This document shows, in pieces, positions 25,701 through 35,020 of a stretch of 51,545 nt of DNA. Each line of letters starts with the position of its first letter. Positions within the stretch are counted from its first letter, which is position 1. The DNA is taken from contig NIVC01001869.1 of the NCBI GenBank assembly GCA_002269645.1, positions 1 through 51,545 on the forward strand, in the 5' to 3' direction. The notes below the pieces were generated by a model. The model saw only the letters and a list, made by a program, of their open reading frames with translations. It searched no databases and was not told where the DNA came from. This DNA is from Macrostomum lignano (Eukaryota). Both the position numbers and the translations under genes were made by a program.

Positions 25701-27238
25701 ACATTTCCAAGAATCCAGTAGCTTTTACTGGAAGATTTGTAGTTTGAATTATTTACTCAGCTTGCTCAATTAATCAGCTACTCAGCTACTCAGCTACTCA
25801 GCTACTCAGCTACTCAGCTACTCAATTACTCAGCTACTCAGCTACTAAGCTACTCAGCTACTAAGCTACTCAGCTACTCAATTACTCAGCTACTCAGCTA
25901 CTCAATTACTCAGCTACTCAGCTACTCAGCTACTAAGCTACTCAGCTACTCAGCTACTCAGCTACTCAGCTACTCAATTACTCAGCTACTAAGCTACTCA
26001 GCTACTCAGCTACTCAGCTACTCAGCTACTCAGCTACTCAGCTCATCCCCTCACGCCTCCCACACGCCGCTCAGGTCCGCGGTTTCTACCGCGGCTTCCG
26101 CATCGAGTGGTGCGCATGGAACTCCAGCGAGGCGGGCTGCGCAGCTGGTCTGAACCGGTCGCAGGACGTCATCTACCGGGAGGCGCCGGTTTCAGGCTCC
26201 TCTTCCGCTTCATCATCATCAGCAGCATCGTCTACATCGACCCTCTCGCTGCCGCTGCAGTTCAAGGAGCGGCTGTTCCGCCTTCCGGGAGACACGAGCA
26301 TCCAAGCGTGGGTCCGCCTGCTCAACAAGCGCTACGCCGGCCCGCCCAGTGAGGCCATCGAGTTCCGCACTCTGGAGGGCACGCCAGGTCAAGTGAGCGA
26401 GTTTGTGCTCAGCCTGACAGGTGTTAATCATTTGGAGTTCGGCTGGTCGCCGCCGCAGCAATGCAACGGCCGCTTGACTGGCTACCAGTTGGCCTACCAG
26501 GAGATCCGCGAACTGCTGCAGGCCGACATTGTCTACACGCCACCAATCAATGACCCGTCGCAACGTCGCGGTCTGATCGCTGGCCTGAAGCCGAACACCA
26601 ACTATCGGGTGTACATCTACGCTCGAACAGCCAAAGGCAACGGTGAGCCAACGTTCCTGGACGTCAGGACGGCTCCGCCCAGCAGAGACTGGCGAGGCGG
26701 CGGACCGTTCACGGTAATCCCCGTCGGTGACCGGGCGTTGAACGTCACCTACAACCCGGGCACCGGGTCGCGATCGATGTTCTATGTGCAGTACCGCGAG
26801 TTGCAGGATGCGAAGTCGCTGGAGCCAAAGCAGCACGAAGAGCAGCAGGAGCAGCAACAGCAACAGCAGCAGCAGCAGCAGCAGAAACAGCAGAAGCAAC
26901 AGCAGCAGCAGCAACCGGCCCCTCCGCCACCGCCAGCCTGGCTGGAGACCAAACGAGAGCTGCAGCGACGCTGGATTCTCATCGACAACTTGGCCAGGAA
27001 CTCCTGGTACGAGGTGCGCGTCATCGCGTCCGAGGATGGCGCCGCGGCCGCCTCCTACACGGAGCCGGTGCGGGCAAGGACCGGGTCGAACCGGCGGCTT
27101 GGCGGCGGCCTGCTGGATGGCGCCGGTTCCACCTGGCTGGTGTGCATGTCCCTCATCCTGCTGGTAGTGGCCGTGTTCCTCCTGTTCATGTGCTTCGTGC
27201 GGCGGCGGCGGGGACGGCCGGAGTACCGTAAGTGATGC

Positions 27239-27335
<97 letters not shown>

Positions 27336-30300
27336 CAGAGCAGTCTAAGACTCCCTGTCCTCCGGCAGACCGCGGCAAGCCGATATCGGCGGAGGACGAG
27401 GCTGCGGCGCAGAGGATGTGTGCCACCACCGACCAGCCGGTGCAGCTGTCGCCGGCCACCCCGCTTGGCCAGCAGACGGTGACTCAGACACGGCAGTGCC
27501 AGCTGCAGTTGCAGGGCTACAATTCTAACAACGGCATCCGTGATCAGAAAGCCTACGCTTTTGCTGGTGAGTTTTCCGCAAGGTTAACAAGATGACGCAG
27601 GTGTGTGCTCTGATGGAGAGATATTTTCCATTTAAAATAGGGACGCCAAACTAACGGTTGCCAAGGACGCTAAAGAACTGGCGCTTAGAGACGCCAAACT
27701 AACGGTTGCCAAGGACGCTAAAGAACTGGCGCTTAGAGACGCCAAACTTACGGTTGCCAAGGACGCTAACGAACTGATGCTTAGAGACGCCAAACTAACG
27801 GTTGCTAAGGACGCTAAAGAACTTGTACTTAGAGACGCCAAACTAACGGTTGCCAAGGACGCTAAAGAACTGGCGCTTAGAGACGCCAAACTTACGGTTG
27901 CCAAGGACGCTAACGAACTGATGCTTAGAGACGCCAAACTTACGGTTGCCAAGGACGCTAACGAACTGATGCTTAGAGACGCCAAACTAACGGTTGCCAA
28001 GGACGCTAAAGAACTGGCGCTTAGAGACGCCAAACTAACGGTTGCTAAGGACGCTAAAGAACTTGTACTTAGAGACGCCAAACTAACGGTTGCCAAGGAC
28101 GCTAAAGAACTGGCGCTTAGAGACGCCAAACTAACGGTTGCCAAGGACTCTAAAGAACTGGCGCTTAGAGACGCCAAACTAACGGTTGCTATTGAACGCT
28201 AATGAGCCAATGCTGGGCGGGACAGAAAAGCCTCAGCGCGATAATCTGGGCAGGAAAAGTTCCTGCGGGAAAGTATCCCCAGACGGAGCATTCTGCTTTC
28301 CGTCTAGAAAACAATTTAGGCAATTAATTCCGCCGATCGCTAATGGATGAAGCGTGGCAGCTGAAAAGATCTAGAAGTCATCACTTGAGGGTATTTTCAC
28401 TGGGAAGAATTAAGTACCTCAGGCGATGGGTCGCGTAGATTAGGGTAGATTAGGCTTTCTGTCCATCTCTATTTGCACCTCTCTGTATGATTCAGTTAAA
28501 GACCGCGGGTAGCATGCATGCACTTCGCTTACTTCCGTCTTTGCTGGACCCGTTAAAGATACAAATCACACTAATTATTGTGGATGGCGTGTGGGACTGG
28601 AAGGTGCGAAAGCTTTGTTGACGATAATTTTCGGCTATTCTCGCTGTTGCTGCTGCATATGGCAGTAGATAAAAGAGGGTAAGGGTGAGACAGTAGCAAT
28701 GAGAGAGTAGGGGTTAGACAGTAGCTAGAGAGGTTAGAGGTGAGACAGTAGATAATGAAGGGTACAGTTGAGACAGTAGATAACAGAGGGTAGAGTGAGA
28801 CAGTCGATAAAGAAGGGTAGATGTGAGACAGTAGATAGAAAGGGTAGAGGTAAGACAGTAGATAGAAAGGGTAAAGGTGAGACAGTAGATAGAAAGGGTA
28901 GGGTGAGACAGTAGATAGGAGAGAGTATGGGTGAGACAGTAGACAGAAAGGGTAGATGTGAGACAGTAGATAGAAACGGTAGGTTGAGACAGTAGACAGA
29001 GAGGGTAGAGTGAGACAGTCGATAAAGAAGGGTAGATGTGAGACAGTAGATAGAAAGGGTAGAGGTAAGACAGTAGATAGAAAGAGTAAAGGTGAGACAG
29101 TAGACAGAAAGGGTAGAGGTGAGACAGTAGACAGAAAGAGTAAAGGTGAGACAGTAGACAGAGAGGGTAGAGTGAGACAGTCGATAAAGAAGGGTAGATG
29201 TGAGACAGTAGATAGAAAGGGTAGAGGTAAGACAGTAGATAGAAAGAGTAAAGGTGAGACAGTAGACAGAAAGGGTAGAGGTGAGACAGTAGACAGAAAG
29301 AGTAAAGGTGAGACAGTAGACAGAAAGGGTAGAGGTGAGACAGTAGATAGAAAGGGTAGGGTGAGACAGTAGATAGAAAGGGTAGAGGTGAGACAGTAGA
29401 TAGAAACGGTAGGGTGAGACAGTAGACAGAGAGGGTAGGGTGAGAAAGTTGATAGGAGAGAGTAGGGGTGAGACAGTAGACAGAAAAGGTAGAGGTGAGA
29501 CAGTAGATAGAAAGGGTAGCGTGAGACAGTAGATAGAAAGGGTAGAGGTGAGACAGTAGATAGAAACGGTAGGGTGAGACAGTAGACAGAGAGGGTAGGG
29601 TGAGAAAGTTGATAGGAGAGAGTAGGGGTGAGACAGTAGACAGAAAGGGTAGAGGTGAGACAGTAGATAGAAAGGGTAGCGTGAGACAGTAGATAGAAAG
29701 GGTAGATGTGAGACAGTAGATAGAAACGGTAGGGTGAGACAGTAGACAGAGAGGGTAGAGTGAGACAGTCGATAAAGAAGGGTAGATGTGAGACAGTAGA
29801 TAGAAAGGGTAGAGGTAAGACAGTAGATAGAAAGAGTAAAGGTGAGACAGTAGATAGAAAGGGTAGGGTGAGACAGTAGATAGGAGAGAGTATGGGTGAG
29901 ACAGTAGATAGAAAGGGTAGCGTGAGACAGTAGATAGAAAGGGTAGAGGTGAGACAGTAGATAGAAACGGTAGGGTGAGACAGTAGACAGAGAGGGTAGG
30001 GTGAGAAAGTTGATAGGAGAGAGTAGGGTGAGACAGTAGACAGAGAGGGTAGGGTGAGACAGTAGATAGGAGAGAGTATGGGTGAGACAGTAGACAGAAA
30101 GGGTAGCGTGAGACAGTAGATAGAAAGGGTAGCGTGAGACAGTAGATAGAAAGGGTAAAGGTGAGACAGTCAGACAGAGAGGGTAGGGTGAGACAGTAGA
30201 TAGGAGAGAGTATGGGTGAGACAGTAGACAGAGAGGGTAGGGTGAGACAGTAGATAGAAAGGTTAGGGTGAGACAGTAGATAGAAAGTTTAGGGTGAGAC

Positions 30301-31100
30301 AGTAGATAGAAAGGGTAGGGTGAGACAGTAGATAGAAAGGGTAGAGGTGAGACAGTAGATAGAAAGGGTAGGGTGAGACAGTAGATAGAAAGTTTAGGGT
30401 GAGACAGTAGATAGAAAGGGTAGGGTGAGACAGTAGATAGAAAGGGTAGAGGTGAGACAGTAGATAGAAAGGGTAGGGTGAGACAGTAGATAGAAAGGGT
30501 AGGGTGAGGCAGTAGATACAGAAGGATTAGGTGAGAAAGTAGATGAAGAGGGTAGGGGTGAGAGACAGAGAGGATAGGGGTGAGACAGTAGATAAGAGAG
30601 AGTAGGGGTGAGACAGTAGATAGGGAAGCGATATACTTGTAAATGCAATTCAGTTAAACAGCTTGTGCGCTGAGTCAGTCAAGCCAGGAAGGAGCCGGTT
30701 AGACAGGGGGGACACAAGGAGAAGCTGATAAAATCACAAGTTAGGGATAGCTTATTTTTACAGGCACAAGCACAACTAATACATGCAATATACAGCTTTC
30801 TACAAGACATCGTAAATGCCGGCCGTTTCAGACTGCACTCACAGCTTGACCCGCGATAACTGCATGGACTTGGCGTCATCAGCAACTACTGGCAAGGATC
30901 GTCTGTGCGGCGGCGGCTACTCGACAATCCGCGGTCCAATGATCCCAATCAGTGAACTGCCCGGCTGCGTACCCGCAAGGGGCGGCTATCAGTACAATCA
31001 TCACCATGGCAACCACGTGGGCTCTATGCCATACAGAGAGCCGGCTTCAGTGCACACGCTAACTACTAATGCAGAGCCTAATGCTACTACAATGATTTGA
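22687..31100 (+). CDS. L1CAM: L1CAM/neuroglian-family cell adhesion molecule (6 Ig + 5 FN3 + TM + cytoplasmic tail), about 1403 aa; join(22687-22765, 22982-25493 [1-nt frameshift at 25369-25371], 26075-27227, 27369-27566, 30832-31100)
   Basis: Six Ig domains with paired Cys and D-x-G-x-Y-x-C motifs, five FN3 repeats, and L1-type motifs (CLASNRFG, GYSGE..P, VRGFYRGF). All four introns are GT..AG with matching phases (1, 0, 1, 1). Exon lengths plus 1 nt sum to 4212 = 1404 codons. The symbol denotes the family, not proven orthology. Confidence 0.9.
22982..25493 (+). CDS. L1CAM: L1-family coding exon 2: Ig1-Ig6, FN1, FN2 and the start of FN3
   Basis: Acceptor CCCTCGTCCTCCAG|, ORF 22825-25455, and donor AGG|GTGAGT at 25494. 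One extra G is needed at 25369-25371. Confidence 0.9.
25779..26043. repeat. 8-bp satellite (CTCAGCTA)n in L1 intron 2
   Basis: About 32 units, ending about 30 nt before the acceptor. Confidence 0.97.
26075..27227 (+). CDS. L1CAM: L1-family coding exon 3: rest of FN3, FN4, FN5 and the transmembrane helix
   Basis: Acceptor CTCAG|GTC. Reads VRGFYRGFRIEWC..., in frame with ORF 26393-27235. TM WLVCMSLILLVVAVFLLFMCFV is followed by RRRR. Donor C|GTAAGT. Confidence 0.9.
27238..27335. repeat. (CAGA)n filling most of the 141-nt L1 intron 3
   Basis: Tetramer run between the donor at 27228 and the acceptor at 27368. Confidence 0.97.
27369..27566 (+). CDS. L1CAM: L1-family coding exon 4: cytoplasmic tail, part 1
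   Basis: Acceptor CTCCCTGTCCTCCGGCAG|, open phase-1 frame (HRGKPISAEDE...QKAYAFA), donor G|GTGAGT. Confidence 0.75.
27639..28190. repeat. 48-bp minisatellite (two related 24-bp halves), about 11.5 copies, stop-free on both strands
   Basis: Unit AGAGACGCCAAACTAACGGTTGCCAAGGACGCTAAAGAACTGGCGCTT, with three variant classes. Confidence 0.96.
28661..30625. repeat. Purine-rich ~24-27-bp minisatellite (GTGAGACAGTAGATAGAAAGGGTAG) with higher-order duplications
   Basis: About 2-kb array. A block of about 160 bp is repeated near 29010 and 29170. Confidence 0.95.
30832..31100 (+). CDS. L1CAM: L1-family terminal coding exon: cytoplasmic tail, part 2, ending ...EPNATTMI*
   Basis: Acceptor GCCGTTTCAG|AC in phase 1. 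Coincides with ORF 30816-31100 in a GC-rich island after the satellite. Confidence 0.65.
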
Positions 31101-31737
31101 TCAATCTGCGTGGCTGTGTAATACAACGGCCATTCTTGGAACAAATCTAAAACGGCCCTTGTAAGGATGGTACAAAAACGGCCCTTTTAAAGAGGATACC
31201 AGAAACGATAACAAAACGGCCCTTTTAAGGACGATGACCCAAACAACCATTTTAGGAGGTGAGGGGGAAAAGAAGAAAGTAATATAATGGTCTTGAAAAG
31301 AGAATTCTTTGTTTGATATCATAGAAAGAGAATTACCAAGTCATTCCATAAAATTCATATACACCCACTGTATTTCTGATTATTTTTCAATCTACCCTTT
31401 CTATCTACTGTCTCACCCCTACCCTTTCTATCTACTTCCAGCATCCAGTAAAAAAATACTCATTGAAAGTTCAATCATACTACTCACAGGCCCCTCGCCC
31501 CCCCCCCGAGTCAATGCGAGTATTGTGCAGTGCAAACTAACTTAATTGTAACTTTGTAATTGTTTGTCAATGCGTTTTGTTGTTAGCTTCGCGTACTATA
31601 CTTGTAAATTGTTGTAACATAATACACCCGTGCATTGACCGTTTTGAACTGCATCAAAGTTGTCTTTTATTATCCGCTAGTCCTGTTCCAATATCACAGT
31701 TTAGAGCATGAAAAAGACAACCCCCTTATTTGTAACT

Positions 31738-31998
31738 TAATAATAATAATAATTGATTGCACCTGCCCTTAATTGGGTCAGATGTGCAACCGACAGCTCA
31801 GCCGCAGCTATTGCGCGGCGCATCTGAAGGCTGCGTACGGCTGTTCAGTCCAAGGACTGGGGGGTCGCCACACACCCTCAATTACCCCAGCTAATGCCGG
31901 CACCCATTTACAGCTGGGTGAACTGAAGCAGTGCAGAGTAAAGTGTCTTGCTCAAGGACACAAATTATTTCCAGTGGGTCGAACCCCCGACCTTTCTA
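31738..31998 (-). mobile_element. tRNA-derived CORE-type SINE, probably 5'-truncated
   Basis: On the - strand: B-box-like GGTTCGACCC (31985-31976), CORE-like GTGTCCTTGAGCAAGACACTTTACTC...CAGCTGTAAATGGG (31961-31903), and an (ATT)n tail at about 31738-31755. The CORE match is from memory of the consensus. Confidence 0.65.
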
Positions 31999-32596
31999 CC
32001 TTGAAATAAATAAACAATAGAAATAAAACAATTGTTTTAATTGACCAAGCAAGAGTTTATAATAGTTTTTTTGCCATTTTACTAATATAATTAAACCAAA
32101 CAAGTGACAAATACAAACTACATTGAATTTTATAATTGCCAAAAGCAAACATCGCACACACACAGCAGGAGTGGAAAGCGGGCGGGACAGAGTCAAATGC
32201 CAGTAGTATATTACTTATAAGTAGCATAGCTGGATCATTCAATCCTGCTATGTTTCGACGGATTTTAAACATAACCAACAGTATACGGAAACTGCTGTAC
32301 AGTTTTTAATCTGGGAGTGGGCTTTGCAACAAAAAAGCACAAAGAAAACGGTACATACTACTTACTATAAACGTTAATGCATCAAACAGATATGCGTTAA
32401 CATCATATACACTTAAATACGATGTATACATAACAATGTGTATTATACTGCAACAATGCCGCTATAATGCAATTTACACATCAAATCAATTTTTAATATG
32501 CTGCTTATAGTAGTATTCATGCCACAATGGAGTAGCACTGATAAGCCACATCTAATCATTAGTTTATCACATATCGAATTACTATCTACGAGTACC

Positions 32597-33285
32597 CCAT
32601 ATTTAATCAGTATCTATCATATATCTAATCATTATCTATCCGATATATCTAATCATTAACTATCTCATATGTCTAGTCATTATCTATCCCATATATCTAA
32701 TTATTATTTATCCCATATATCTAATTATTATCTATCCCATATATCTAATCATTATCTATCCGATATATCTAATCATTAACTATCTCATATGTCTAGTCAT
32801 TATCTATCCCATATATCTAATCATTATCTATCCCATATATCTAATTATTATCTATCCCATATATCTAATCATTATCTATCCCATATATCTAATCATTATC
32901 TATCCCATATATCTAATCATTATCTATCCCATATATCTAATTATTATTTATCCCATATATCTAATTATTATCTATCCCATATATCTAATCATTATCTATC
33001 CGATATATCTAATCATTATCTATCCCATATATGTAATCATTATCTATCCCATATATCTAATCATTATCTATCCCATATATCTAATCATTATCTATCCCAT
33101 ATATCTAATCATTATCTATCCCATATATCTAATCATTATCTATCCCATATATCTAATCATTATCTATCCCATATATCTAATCATTATCTATCCCATATAT
33201 CTAATCATTATCTATCCCATATATGTAATCATTATCTATCCCATATATGTAATTATTATCTATCCCATATATCTAATCATTATCG
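32597..33285. repeat. 24-bp AT-rich minisatellite ATTATCTATCCCATATATCTAATC, about 28 copies
   Basis: The period equals the 8-aa repeat of the spurious ORF 32789-33328. Confidence 0.96.
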
Positions 33286-33933
33286 ATCCCCAAATCTACT
33301 TACTATGAATCTTGTATCTCATAATTAATACACCACCTCCTATGATACACAAGATGGCAAGTTATTTACAAAAAATGTAACTTTCTCACTACAGTGAACA
33401 AGTACCAGTTAATATAAAAAAATTTCTACCTTAATTTTTGGAATAATGGGATTTTAGGTTGACTAACACAGGGCTGCAGGCACGCAAGTATATGGAATAT
33501 AATTGAAAAAAACGAAATTAAGCCGGAGAAAGGAATAACAGAGTTGAAACAAATAATAAAACAATTTAAGTGACTGCAATTAGTGAGTCAATAAAAATGG
33601 CTAGCTAGATGGGAACAGGGAACATAATGAAGAAAATAAAATAAATTTGTTTTCTCAAACAACTTTCAAAGTTTACTAAACGCAAAGATTATTAAGAAAC
33701 AACGCGCAAAAATAAATCTGCACATTTCAAACTTAAAGACTACTCACAAGTAGAAACGAAGGAAAACACATTCTACACAATCAGTAGCAGTTAGGCAAAT
33801 GTTTTAAAAAATGATTGATAATAAACAATGAAATTAATAACTTTTTCAGTAGGAAGAGGCACGAATTAAAAACTCAAATGTCGAATGTCGGATAAGTCCT
33901 ATTGATCCCCTGGTTAAAAGTTAATTTCACAAC

Positions 33934-34550
33934 CTATCAATATGCCATTTCCTAAATCTATCAATATGCCATTTCCCAAATCTATCAATATGCCATTTCC
34001 CAATCTATCAATATGCCATTTCCAAAATCTATCAATATGCCATTTCCAAAATCTATCAATATGCTATTTCCCAAATCTATCAATATGCCATTTCCCAAAT
34101 CTATCAATATGCCATTTCCCAAATCTATTAATATGCCATTTCCAAAATCTATCAATATGCCATTTCCCAAATCTATTAATATGCCATTTCCAAAATCTAT
34201 CAATATGCCATTTCCAAAATCTATCAATATGCTATTTCCCAAATCTATCAATATGCCATTTCCCAAATCTATCAATATGCCATTTCCTAAATCTATCAAT
34301 ATGCCATTTCCCAATCTATCAATATGCCATTTCCAAAATCTATCAATATGCCATTTCCAAAATCTATCAATATGCCATTTCCAAAATCTATCAATATGCT
34401 ATTTCCCAAATCTATCAATATGCCATTTCCAAAATCTATCAATATGCCATTTCCAAAATCTATCAATATGCCATTTCCAAAATCTATCAATATGCCATTT
34501 CCAAAATCTATCAATATGCCATTTCCCACATCTATCAATATGCCATTTTC
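33934..34550. repeat. 24-bp minisatellite CTATCAATATGCCATTTCCAAAAT, about 26 copies
   Basis: Regular period with single-base indels. Confidence 0.96.
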
Positions 34551-34747
34551 CTACCTATTACAACAGACACCAATACAGCACAGCAAGACAGACAATATTA
34601 AATAATAATGTTAATTAATTAACAAACAGAAATTTACATTGAAGCACACAGTACAAGCACACAAGGGTTAGTGATCGAGGCGCTACAGAGTGTCTGTAAT
34701 GTTAAATTACTATAGATAACAGGTAATGCAATACTAGCATACGAACG

Positions 34748-35020
34748 CTACACGTCGCCCCCCTGATACAGGGCGGTGGCTGACGGGTACTCGCTGGCTA
34801 CAGCCGCGGCAGCGGCGGCGGCAGCGGCAGCAACAGCAGAATTGTCGCCATAGTAACCAGGCGGCTGCTGCTGCTGCTGAGCCATGCCGTCCTCCATCTG
34901 TTTAATCAGCTCGACGCAGCTGTCGTCCAGCCAGCGTTTCAATTCGGCGTAGGTTACCAGCATGATGTTCTGGGAGTCGCGCGACACCAGGCACACTCGC
35001 TGCTGCGACCCCATGTCCAG
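34748..35020 (-). CDS. PAN3: PAN3 terminal exon (LDMGSQQRVCLVSRD...; polyQ/polyA tail)
   Basis: Acceptor CCCAG|CTG, 91 codons including the stop. Confidence 0.9.
   Translation of the reverse strand: MDMGSQQRVCLVSRDSQNIMLVTYAELKRWLDDSCVELIKQMEDGMAQQQQQPPGYYGDNSAVAAAAAAAAAAVASEYPSATALYQGGDV

Noticed and set aside
23176-27459. Antisense and alternate-frame ORFs over the L1 exons (for example 26219-27304 on -)
   Set aside because: They are shadow ORFs of GC-rich coding sequence plus repeat read-through.
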